DNA of 64,000 nt from a virus (lineage: Duplodnaviria; Heunggongvirae; Uroviricota; Caudoviricetes), in IMG/VR virus record IMGVR_UViG_3300028914_000001, positions 253,489 through 317,488 of that record, one strand, 5' to 3'. Under the pieces are notes generated by a model that was not told the origin of the DNA, searched no databases, and saw only the letters and a program-made list of their open reading frames with translations. Made by a program: the position numbers and the translations under genes. Position 1 is the stretch's first letter; each line of letters begins with the position of its first letter. Shown here in pieces: positions 39,053 to 47,054 of this stretch.

Positions 39053-40105
39053 ATGGATGAAGTCGATTTGCTGGCAGGAACTATTCCTGAACCAGAAGAT
39101 GTAAAGAAGAGTGTGCCCGTAGCCAAGGGCGGCTATGAAATGTGGGTGGTTAAGCACCAGCCGCACACAGTAAGCGAAATGATTCTCCCGGACAATATCA
39201 GGAACAAGGTCGAGACGGCATTGCAGCTCAATGCTTTCGGCCATTACGTGTTCTATTCTAGCGCATCTGGTACTGGCAAGACTACGCTTTCCATGGCTAT
39301 CCCTAACACGCTCGGGACATCGTTCAAGTTCTTCTCCGCAAGAGAGCAGTCCGATGTTTTCACTGACATCGAAAGCTATGCCGCACAGGCCTGTGTGAAT
39401 GGTCTTCCCCGTTTTGTCGTTCTTGACGAGGCTGACCACCCGAATAAACCCGATGAATTCTACCGTAAGTTGCAGGGGCTTATCGAAGACAGCCAGAGCA
39501 CCATCCGTTTTATACTTACCTGTAACGAGTTCCATCGTCTCCCTAACGCAATTTCGTCGAGATGTTTCCCTGTATCTTTCGACTATCCTCGTGATGACCG
39601 TAACTTGAAGAATGCGATGTACACGAAGATGATGGAAATCGCCAGGGAGGAAACCGCCCCGTATTCTGGTACGGTTGACTCGACCACGGTAGCGGAAATT
39701 GTGTCCAAGTGCTATCCCGACATGCGATTGATGACCTCCACGATGTTCAACAACTTCCTGGAAAACCGTTGCTCCATCAAGGGCGAAGTCAAGGTGGTCT
39801 GCATGGAGTATACGAACAAGCTGGTTGACTTTGTCCTTGCTGGTGATGACCTCGGGGCACGCAAATTCGTGCTTGAAAACTATGTGGATTTCGACAGCTT
39901 GTTCCATCGTTTTGCCGAAACCATTATCGAAAAGAATGTTTTGCCGCCGATGGGAAGGCTTGAATTTTGCGTGATTACGGGCCAGTACGAGCAGATGAGC
40001 GAGTTCCAGGTAAGCCCGCACACGGTTGTAAACGCCTATATCTCCAAGGTAATCCTGTTGCTCTATAAGTACGGCGTTCTGAAAATGCCGCAAGCCGTAA
40101 GGTAA
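39053..40105 (+). CDS. Clamp loader large subunit (T4 gp44/RFC-like)
   Basis: WVVKHQP, SGTGKTT, VLDEAD, RFILTCN, SRC, YPDMR. Confidence 0.92.
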   Translation: MDEVDLLAGTIPEPEDVKKSVPVAKGGYEMWVVKHQPHTVSEMILPDNIRNKVETALQLNAFGHYVFYSSASGTGKTTLSMAIPNTLGTSFKFFSAREQSDVFTDIESYAAQACVNGLPRFVVLDEADHPNKPDEFYRKLQGLIEDSQSTIRFILTCNEFHRLPNAISSRCFPVSFDYPRDDRNLKNAMYTKMMEIAREETAPYSGTVDSTTVAEIVSKCYPDMRLMTSTMFNNFLENRCSIKGEVKVVCMEYTNKLVDFVLAGDDLGARKFVLENYVDFDSLFHRFAETIIEKNVLPPMGRLEFCVITGQYEQMSEFQVSPHTVVNAYISKVILLLYKYGVLKMPQAVR

Positions 40106-40111
40106 TTCAAT

Positions 40112-40468
40112 ATGAAGTTCAGTGTTTCACAGTTTCTCAGAAACCGTATGGCGGGAGTTCCTGTTTCTGTTGAGGAGGAGGAAGTGTTCGAGCCGTTCCT
40201 TGTACAGGTGGCTCTCGAACGTGACCCGTCCGTGAACGATATCCTTCTCCAAACCAATACGAGGAGCTTCTTCCATCTAACGAAGAAGCTGCAGGCACAC
40301 GCTTTCGACTGCTTGCAGGGAATGCGGCTAAACATGCAGTATAACCCGACCAGGGGTAAGCGTGTTGCCGATATCAAGGAAGAGATTAGGGCCTACATGA
40401 AGGAATTTGGATTAGATTACAATTCGGCCAAGGCTATTGTGCTTGAAAAAGTGGGTATGAAATTATGA
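40112..40468 (+). CDS. Probable clamp loader small subunit (gp62-like)
   Basis: Follows the gp44-like gene; FEPFLVQVAL and IRAYMKEFGLDYNSA pattern. Confidence 0.5.
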   Translation: MKFSVSQFLRNRMAGVPVSVEEEEVFEPFLVQVALERDPSVNDILLQTNTRSFFHLTKKLQAHAFDCLQGMRLNMQYNPTRGKRVADIKEEIRAYMKEFGLDYNSAKAIVLEKVGMKL

Positions 40469-41952
40469 TTAACAACGCATTGAAAGAAGAAGGCAAGATT
40501 TTTACACCATTGTATATTGTGAACATCCTCCTCGATGTGGCGAAGTACACGACAGCCGAAAGTATCCTCGAAAAGCATTTCATGGACAACAGCGCAGGTG
40601 ATGGAAACATCGTCGTTGCCGCCGTTTCCAGATATTGCGTCGAACATATCCGTCACAACAGCACCAAGGACGGGTTGAAGCATGCTCTCGAAACCTATAT
40701 CCACGCCATCGAACTCAACAAGGCTAACTTCCGCCAGTTGAAACGCAGACTGGACGAGGCAGCCTCAATGTATGGCATCACGGATGTCAAATGGGATATC
40801 AGAGTCGCCGACGCCCTCTCCGTCCATGACTACGACGGCAAGATGGACTATGTCGTCGGCAACCCGCCCTATGTCCGTGTTCACAATCTCGGCAAGCTCT
40901 ACAAGGAAGTCAAGAACTACAAGTTCGCCGACAAGGGTATGTGCGACTTGTACCTTGCATTCTTCGAGCTTGGTATCAGGATGCTCAACGATACGGGTAA
41001 ACTCTCTTACATTACCCCGTCGTCGTGGATGCATTCCACGTCTGGCACAGGTTTCAGGAAATACCTCCTTGATAACGGCAACCTCTCGTGCCTTATCGAC
41101 TTCGGTCACAAGCAAGTGTTCAAGGGAATCACGACCTACTCGATGATTACCTGTATCGACAAGAACCTTAAAGACTCGTATGTCAATGTGGCCAACATCA
41201 ACGAGCTTGACCAGCTCCTTAACGGAAGGTGCAGGCGACTGTCCCTCCAAGACATGAATATCGAAGGAAAGTTCTACATCGGCGATTACAGCGACCTCAA
41301 AGAACTCCGTGAAATCAGGACAGGAAACTACGAAAAGAAGGTTGTCGTCAAGAACGGCTTTGCCACACTCAACGACAAGGTTTTCATTGATGCCGATGAC
41401 CTCCCGAGGATGTACTGCATTCCCGTCTTGAAGGCTTCTACGGGCAAGTGGGGAACATGTTTCTACCCGTATGATGCGACTGGCCATGCTATCGCCCAGG
41501 AAGACCTGTTGAAACCTCATCGTTTCGGCGACTCGATGGACGACTCCGTCGAGGCATTCCTTATCCACCACAAGGCCGAACTCTTGAAGGGCAGGAAGGA
41601 AAAGCCTGGGCTGGACTGGACCCACTTTGGTAGAACACAGGCTATCGGCGACGTGTACAAGGGAAAGCTTGCCGTGAATACGGTAATCAAGGACCCGGAC
41701 ACGGTAAAGGTGAACCACGTTGAGCCGGGAAAGGGCGTTTACTCCGGCCTGTATATCATGGGTAACGAATGCCGAGTCCCAGTGCCGACCCTGACAGCAT
41801 TGTTGACGGAAAAGAGATTTACCGACTACGTGGCTCTGTTGAAGAACTACAAGAGCGGCGGTTACTACACATTTAGCTCCCACGACTTGGAATGCTACCT
41901 AAATTACAGGTTGAGCCTTGTTAAGGAGAAACAAATTATCTATATTGGATAA
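40465..41952 (+). CDS. Orphan N6-adenine DNA methyltransferase (Eco57I/TaqI-like)
   Basis: IFTP, DNSAGDGN, VGNPPY, DLYLAF, YITPSSW. Confidence 0.9.
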   Translation: MINNALKEEGKIFTPLYIVNILLDVAKYTTAESILEKHFMDNSAGDGNIVVAAVSRYCVEHIRHNSTKDGLKHALETYIHAIELNKANFRQLKRRLDEAASMYGITDVKWDIRVADALSVHDYDGKMDYVVGNPPYVRVHNLGKLYKEVKNYKFADKGMCDLYLAFFELGIRMLNDTGKLSYITPSSWMHSTSGTGFRKYLLDNGNLSCLIDFGHKQVFKGITTYSMITCIDKNLKDSYVNVANINELDQLLNGRCRRLSLQDMNIEGKFYIGDYSDLKELREIRTGNYEKKVVVKNGFATLNDKVFIDADDLPRMYCIPVLKASTGKWGTCFYPYDATGHAIAQEDLLKPHRFGDSMDDSVEAFLIHHKAELLKGRKEKPGLDWTHFGRTQAIGDVYKGKLAVNTVIKDPDTVKVNHVEPGKGVYSGLYIMGNECRVPVPTLTALLTEKRFTDYVALLKNYKSGGYYTFSSHDLECYLNYRLSLVKEKQIIYIG

Positions 41953-41958
41953 TGAAAT

Positions 41959-42357
41959 ATGACTACGCCTAACAACCCAGAGTATTTTTGCAGCCTAGCC
42001 AAACGGTTAGTATTAACCGAAGCTAAACTGAAATCCGTCGTCAGGACGCTCGTAAAGAAGTCCATGCCCGCAGGGTATGAACTTCGTTCTATTATCGAAA
42101 TGGACAGGGTATTCTTGTCCTATCGGGCGGAACTCTGCAACAGGCGCAAGCCTGACAAGCGGATGCTTTGCGATTTCGAGTATAAGGATGAAAAGCTGGA
42201 AATTTGCGCATCGTGCGTAAACAGGTACAGCCAGTACTATGTCTATCCAGACAAGCCGTACGGTTTGAAATGCAGCAACGCCACGGAGACTTTCCCGTAC
42301 GATGAAGGAAAGCTTACGGAAACCCTTAAAATCTTTGATACCTTGGAGAAAATATGA
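41959..42357 (+). CDS. Hypothetical protein
   Basis: 132 aa ORF. Confidence 0.55.
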   Translation: MTTPNNPEYFCSLAKRLVLTEAKLKSVVRTLVKKSMPAGYELRSIIEMDRVFLSYRAELCNRRKPDKRMLCDFEYKDEKLEICASCVNRYSQYYVYPDKPYGLKCSNATETFPYDEGKLTETLKIFDTLEKI

Positions 42358-42506
42358 AAAGACCATATGTGAAGCCAAACATGGAAATCATCGAAAGTGA
42401 TGTAAAGACCCAGTTGCTTGCTGGTTCGGGTGAAGACTCTGGAAACCCGTATTGGGACCCTCCTCCAGACAAGGAAGGATGTGAAACGCCGTGGTGGTGC
42501 CCGTAA
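42354..42506 (+). CDS. 50-aa RiPP-precursor-like peptide (not in ORF track)
   Basis: MKRPYVKPNMEIIESDVKTQLLAGSGEDSGNPYWDPPPDKEGCETPWWCP; GGAG RBS and ATGA coupling. Confidence 0.7.
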   Translation: MKRPYVKPNMEIIESDVKTQLLAGSGEDSGNPYWDPPPDKEGCETPWWCP

Positions 42507-42521
42507 CAGGAGGACAGGAAC

Positions 42522-42707
42522 ATGTGTAACGATGAACAGGAAAAGGTAATGCACCTCCAATGCAGTGACGGAGTCTTGAACTTCGCTATTCGGGCATACA
42601 TTGAATCCGAACTTGTACGGGACTTAATCGATAAGAAGCCTGGATGGATTGCTTCTCATACGATGCGTGATGTAGCCGACGAACTCGAAGAACTCTACAT
42701 GAAGTAG
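42522..42707 (+). CDS. Hypothetical protein
   Basis: 61 aa; AGGAGG RBS. Confidence 0.55.
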   Translation: MCNDEQEKVMHLQCSDGVLNFAIRAYIESELVRDLIDKKPGWIASHTMRDVADELEELYMK

Positions 42708-42720
42708 GAGGCATGGGAAA

Positions 42721-42876
42721 ATGAAACCGCTTAAATTTCAGCATTTTTATGGAACGTATGAGTCCAGGACTAGCGCTGCGGCGAAATGCTGCGAGTTTGT
42801 AAATGAGAATAAAATAGAGGTTGTATCTATCTCTCATTGCGAGTACGATGTCTTCCTTTACTATCGGGAAAAATAA
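42721..42876 (+). CDS. Small hypothetical protein (51 aa, not in ORF track)
   Basis: MKPLKFQHFYG...FLYYREK fills the gap in the operon. Confidence 0.45.
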   Translation: MKPLKFQHFYGTYESRTSAAAKCCEFVNENKIEVVSISHCEYDVFLYYREK

Positions 42877-42895
42877 TAACCTGAAAGAGGCCTAT

Positions 42896-43345
42896 ATGTC
42901 ATTGAGATGCCAAATGGAAATCAACTGGTACGAAGTGGGAAAGGAAACTCCCCGTGAAGGAATGCTTCTATTCCTCGTAAGCGAAAAGGAAACCGACCTC
43001 ATCTATACGGGATACAGTACTGGCGGTCAGTTCCGAATAACGGGTCAGCTCGGCGGTATCTTGCCGCTCAAAGAGACGAAATTTACCCATTTCGCCTATG
43101 TTAACAACAATATGCTCCCGAAGAACTGCAAGCCGGGTTGTCTCGGTAGCGGTTGGCATCTTGCCAAGGACGAACTTCCTCCAGACGATGAACCTGTCGC
43201 CATCTGGCCTCCGTTCCAGAGTCAGCGCTTCGCCGTGTGGAACAAGGAATGCGACTGCTGGGATAGCGAGGACGGCGACGATTACATGTGCGACAAGGAT
43301 GTCGTCGAAATGTGGTATCCTATCAACTGGGGAGGCGTACAATGA
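42896..43345 (+). CDS. DUF551-like protein with two W....E.P units
   Basis: WYEVGKETP and WHLAKDELP; start reassigned to 42896. Confidence 0.5.
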   Translation: MSLRCQMEINWYEVGKETPREGMLLFLVSEKETDLIYTGYSTGGQFRITGQLGGILPLKETKFTHFAYVNNNMLPKNCKPGCLGSGWHLAKDELPPDDEPVAIWPPFQSQRFAVWNKECDCWDSEDGDDYMCDKDVVEMWYPINWGGVQ

Positions 43346-43527
43346 TAGACCATGAACGAGAAGCCGAACTTCTAGGCATTGCCGCTGCCAATCTCTCTAA
43401 TGCGAAGGAAGCCATGGTAGCTGTGTCCAGGATGCACTGGGGTTCTGACAAGGCCCTAGTTAACATGGCCCAGAATATAGGCAGCATTCTTGAAGATGTC
43501 CTAACTTACGGAAAACCAAACGAATAA
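43342..43527 (+). CDS. Hypothetical protein
   Basis: GGAGG RBS and ATGA coupling. Confidence 0.55.
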   Translation: MIDHEREAELLGIAAANLSNAKEAMVAVSRMHWGSDKALVNMAQNIGSILEDVLTYGKPNE

Positions 43528-43536
43528 AGGAAATAT

Positions 43537-44076
43537 ATGATTACCCCATCGAGTTTCAAGAAAACCTGTACAGAAGTTTTTGGTGAAGCCAACTGTGAGT
43601 TCAAGGAATACCGTGATACCATAGTTTACCACTATATCGACTGCGTCGTGGACGGTGCGAAGGTGGCTAAGCTAACCATCCGTGATGATGACCTCAGCAC
43701 ATCCTGCTGGGTATCGATTAAGAATGTGTGTATCGACGTACACTACAATTTCACATTAAAACGCCGTCTTAAACAGGCGGCCAAGCTGAGTTCGTCTACT
43801 CGTAAGAAACTGTTCGATATCTATTACGATATCACGAAAAAATTTCCTGACCTTAATAGCAGAGCCTGCGTTATTTTGGTTACCCACTATCTGGCTAACG
43901 TGGAGTTTTCCAGCTATGATGATATAAGGTCGTTCTATAGGGGCCTGTTTGTGAGTATTACTAAGAACAGCCCGGAAATTTTTCATCAGCTTGCTACCGA
44001 TATGGAAGACTATTTCCATTCTATGCTTGCTGAGGAGATGAAAAACCGTTTACAGTCTAGTACGCCAAGTAAGTAA
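43537..44076 (+). CDS. Hypothetical protein
   Basis: 179 aa ORF. Confidence 0.55.
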   Translation: MITPSSFKKTCTEVFGEANCEFKEYRDTIVYHYIDCVVDGAKVAKLTIRDDDLSTSCWVSIKNVCIDVHYNFTLKRRLKQAAKLSSSTRKKLFDIYYDITKKFPDLNSRACVILVTHYLANVEFSSYDDIRSFYRGLFVSITKNSPEIFHQLATDMEDYFHSMLAEEMKNRLQSSTPSK

Positions 44077-44099
44077 ATGAGGGATAAGGAAGGATAACG

Positions 44100-44333
44100 A
44101 TGATTAGTGAAGACCAGAAAAAAGAAATCAATGAGCTTGTCGAACAGATGAAGTCGGAGGTCAAGGAAGACCATACGATTAGTGATGTTCTTCAAGATTG
44201 GGCCGAGTACTCTCTGACTGCGACATGGCGCCAATGTGAAAATGTCATATTGGCCGCATATCAAATCGGTAAAGAACATGGAAGAAATGAGACGCTTGAC
44301 AATCAACAAAAGGAGGTAACCCATGGTAACTAG
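44100..44333 (+). CDS. Hypothetical protein
   Basis: 77 aa; AAGGA RBS. Confidence 0.55.
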   Translation: MISEDQKKEINELVEQMKSEVKEDHTISDVLQDWAEYSLTATWRQCENVILAAYQIGKEHGRNETLDNQQKEVTHGN

Positions 44334-44592
44334 AAAAGAACTTGCCGAGGCAATGCTTAAAAACGACAAACTCAAACTGGGTGTGACCGAAAAGTTTTAC
44401 GACCGTGAGTACCAATGTGCCTACTGCGGCGACAAGGGTCAGGTTATTTTCGACCAAGATAATCAGGAACTTGACCGCTATGAAAACGACTTCTGTGTTG
44501 CGGCCCTTCCTGTCGAGTCAGTGAAACAAGCCATTACCGCTCTGGAAGCGTACGTTGATACCGGGGAGCTTCCCGATGAGGAATATGTCTAA
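44323..44592 (+). CDS. Hypothetical protein, paralog 1 (QCAYC)
   Basis: 89 aa; clearly similar to 44638-44907. Confidence 0.7.
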   Translation: MVTRKELAEAMLKNDKLKLGVTEKFYDREYQCAYCGDKGQVIFDQDNQELDRYENDFCVAALPVESVKQAITALEAYVDTGELPDEEYV

Positions 44593-44637
44593 TGGACTTA
44601 ATAACGATGTTTAACAATGAACAAAAGGTGGTAAACT

Positions 44638-44907
44638 ATGATAACTAGACAAGAACTTGCTAATGCAATGCTCAGAAGTTACAAACTCAAAATGGGAGTG
44701 GTAGAAAAGTACAACGGCAGCGACGACCAATGTGCATACTGTGACAATAACGGTCAGGTAGTCTTCGACCAGACCACCCAGACGATTGAACGATACGAAA
44801 ACGGTTCCGCCGTTGCTCGTGTTACTGTCGGGGCCATAGAACCAGCTGTCGTAGCGATGGAAGAGTATGCGACTACGGGTCACCTTACCGCAGAAATTTA
44901 TCTCTAA
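44638..44907 (+). CDS. Hypothetical protein, paralog 2 (QCAYC)
   Basis: 89 aa; clearly similar to 44323-44592. Confidence 0.7.
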   Translation: MITRQELANAMLRSYKLKMGVVEKYNGSDDQCAYCDNNGQVVFDQTTQTIERYENGSAVARVTVGAIEPAVVAMEEYATTGHLTAEIYL

Positions 44908-44920
44908 TGGGCATTTGATA

Positions 44921-45103
44921 ATGACATCCAGAAACAAGCACGAGAAACTGAACGGGAGAAAACTGACTAGGTCGACTCCCCGAGATTGCAGGAGCAGCCA
45001 GAGGAACGAGCATGCAAAGCGTGGAGCGTTCTATGACCAGAGCATACGGCAGCGCTTGAATATGGAAGCAAAGGTTGAAATCGTAGATGCTGCACAGGAG
45101 TAA
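44921..45103 (+). CDS. Small basic hypothetical protein
   Basis: 60 aa from ATG 44921. Confidence 0.45.
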   Translation: MTSRNKHEKLNGRKLTRSTPRDCRSSQRNEHAKRGAFYDQSIRQRLNMEAKVEIVDAAQE

Positions 45104-45107
45104 CGTT

Positions 45108-45326
45108 ATGGCAAAGCTTGAAGTTACTGACGTTATTGAAAAGGAAGGGCGTACTTGCTTCTACTGCAAAGATACCCTGATTTTCAGTTCTCCTACACAG
45201 GTTCCCGAGAAGTTCCAGGTATCTCAGGAGGCATGGGACAATGCTCGTCAAATGTGTGTGGATGCCCGCATAAGGGGCAACTGGGTTGGTGAGGATATTA
45301 CCAATCCGATTCCGTTTGAAGGTTAA
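45108..45326 (+). CDS. Hypothetical protein
   Basis: AGGAG RBS before ATG 45108. Confidence 0.55.
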   Translation: MAKLEVTDVIEKEGRTCFYCKDTLIFSSPTQVPEKFQVSQEAWDNARQMCVDARIRGNWVGEDITNPIPFEG

Positions 45327-45349
45327 CAATAAAATGAGGAATAGGTGAT

Positions 45350-46174
45350 ATGAACCCAAGTTCAAAACTAGAAGCGGCCCTCGACTCGATGGTCTTGAAT
45401 CAAGAACAGAAAGACAAGATTCGTGATGCTTACACGGAAGATTTGCGTAGGCAGACCGACAATATCGGCGACATGATTGATGCGTTCAAGGAAAAGCTGA
45501 ACAAGAACAATACCGAGGCGCTCAACAGGACCCGCAAGGAAGTTACCAAGCAGATGTGGAATAATAACCGCATTGACTTGGAGAATGAAAAGGAAAAGCT
45601 AGAAGCGGAGTTCAAGAAGAAGCACGAGGCTGACGAAAAGCTTGAACAGAAGATGCTTGAAACGGTTAACGTCGCCGCCGAACGCTATGCCAATTACAGG
45701 CTTGGTGAAAAATGTACGGAAGGTGATGTCGAGGCGTTGAAGGCGTTGGCGAAGGACATCTTTGAACACCTGAAGGCCGAGATGCAGGTCCCGCTGTTCA
45801 TTGTCACGGTGACCTATCAGCACGACATGGATGTCGAAGACCGTAAAATCTACATCGGTCGTGACCCAGTAAAGGCAAAGCGTGCATTCATGAACTACCA
45901 GGAACTTTGGCACAAGGACAGCAAGCGTAAGTTCCCGAACCCGTTCAAGTATAAGGAGAGCAACGGTTATTTCGAGGGAGCCAAGTATCTGGACGACGAA
46001 ATTACTGGCAAGCAGGCCGACGAAATGTTGTCCGACGCCCTTGACGAGGCCATTGCGAACAAGCATGACTACACAATCAGGCCAGACGATATTGGCGAGG
46101 ACCTGGACTTCAATAATTCCCCATGCTCTCTGGAAGTGATTGTAGGCGACTATGAAACCTACGGCGGGGTATAA
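45350..46174 (+). CDS. Hypothetical coiled-coil protein
   Basis: 274 aa ORF. Confidence 0.6.
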   Translation: MNPSSKLEAALDSMVLNQEQKDKIRDAYTEDLRRQTDNIGDMIDAFKEKLNKNNTEALNRTRKEVTKQMWNNNRIDLENEKEKLEAEFKKKHEADEKLEQKMLETVNVAAERYANYRLGEKCTEGDVEALKALAKDIFEHLKAEMQVPLFIVTVTYQHDMDVEDRKIYIGRDPVKAKRAFMNYQELWHKDSKRKFPNPFKYKESNGYFEGAKYLDDEITGKQADEMLSDALDEAIANKHDYTIRPDDIGEDLDFNNSPCSLEVIVGDYETYGGV

Positions 46175-46260
46175 TGAAAACCTTCACCTACGGCTTTGCC
46201 GCAATAATGGGCGGTGTAATCATCGGTTATATCGCTTTGCATTTAATACTCCCGGCCTAG
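46174..46260 (+). CDS. 28-aa membrane peptide (not in ORF track)
   Basis: MKTFTYGFAAIMGGVIIGYIALHLILPA; TAATG coupling. Confidence 0.45.
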   Translation: MKTFTYGFAAIMGGVIIGYIALHLILPA

Positions 46261-46267
46261 TTTCAGG

Positions 46268-46301
46268 CAAAAAGAAAAGGGCAAGCATTGCTTGCCCTTT
46301 G
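46268..46301. terminator. Bidirectional intrinsic terminator
   Basis: AAAGGGCAAGC-ATT-GCTTGCCCTTT with an A-run on the left, between convergent operons. Confidence 0.8.
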
Positions 46302-46315
46302 TTAATTCCCGTCTA

Positions 46316-47041
46316 TTAGACGTACTTGTATCCAGGCGGAATCCAGATGGTGAACCTGTCGTACTGGAAGGTCGCCCTCCATTCACCGAGGTCGGCTACA
46401 CCGTAGGTTCCCGGCTTTGGCAATTCGACCTTTTTCGGCCATGCGTTGATATACGTGATGGAGAAGATACAGTCACCATACATCCAGTCGTAGTATTCGA
46501 GCGTAACCGTCTGGTTACGGAGAAGCTGTACGGTCGGGTTAGACCAGTTGGCTTGCTGGCCCAAACCGAGGTGGATGTGGTTGGATGAATCCTGTGCGAT
46601 ACGGTTCGTCTGCCAGTTGGCGTCAGAACGGTTTGCCAAGGTGAGCTCACCTGTGTTGTAGATGAGGTTTCTCCATTCCATCATGGCTTCGTACGGAGCC
46701 ATATCTTCCGTACAAACACCACCGATAGAGAACTCGCCATCAAGGCCAGTCTGTCCAACGGGGTAGTGCTTGTTGAAGCCCATGTATTGGAAAGACTTTT
46801 CTTGCAGGGCGACAGCAGGGATGGTAGGCGGCTGCTGCACATAGAGTGCAAAGGACGCTTCGCCATCCTGAATGTCGAACTGGTCGTGGTTTTGAAGGTC
46901 CATTCCGAAGGCGTGGAAGATTTCCGTAGAAATCAACATCCTCCAACGGCTGGTCCTATACGGGTCTGCGAGGGTGTCGATGGCAGCGCCAAAGAACACC
47001 TTTTTCTTCAATTCGTCGTCTATTGTCTGGTTGATACCCAT
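46316..47041 (-). CDS. Tail tube protein (T4 gp19-like)
   Basis: Directly after the sheath gene; DPYRTSRW, YEAMMEWRN, YINAWP...ATFQYD. Confidence 0.8.
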   Translation of the reverse strand: MGINQTIDDELKKKVFFGAAIDTLADPYRTSRWRMLISTEIFHAFGMDLQNHDQFDIQDGEASFALYVQQPPTIPAVALQEKSFQYMGFNKHYPVGQTGLDGEFSIGGVCTEDMAPYEAMMEWRNLIYNTGELTLANRSDANWQTNRIAQDSSNHIHLGLGQQANWSNPTVQLLRNQTVTLEYYDWMYGDCIFSITYINAWPKKVELPKPGTYGVADLGEWRATFQYDRFTIWIPPGYKYV

Positions 47042-47054
47042 AGTTTACCTCCCA

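Noticed and set aside
47041-47049. GTAAACTA near the tail tube start, also at 44631
   Set aside because: Part of the RBS-ATG spacer and too close to the start to be a late promoter.
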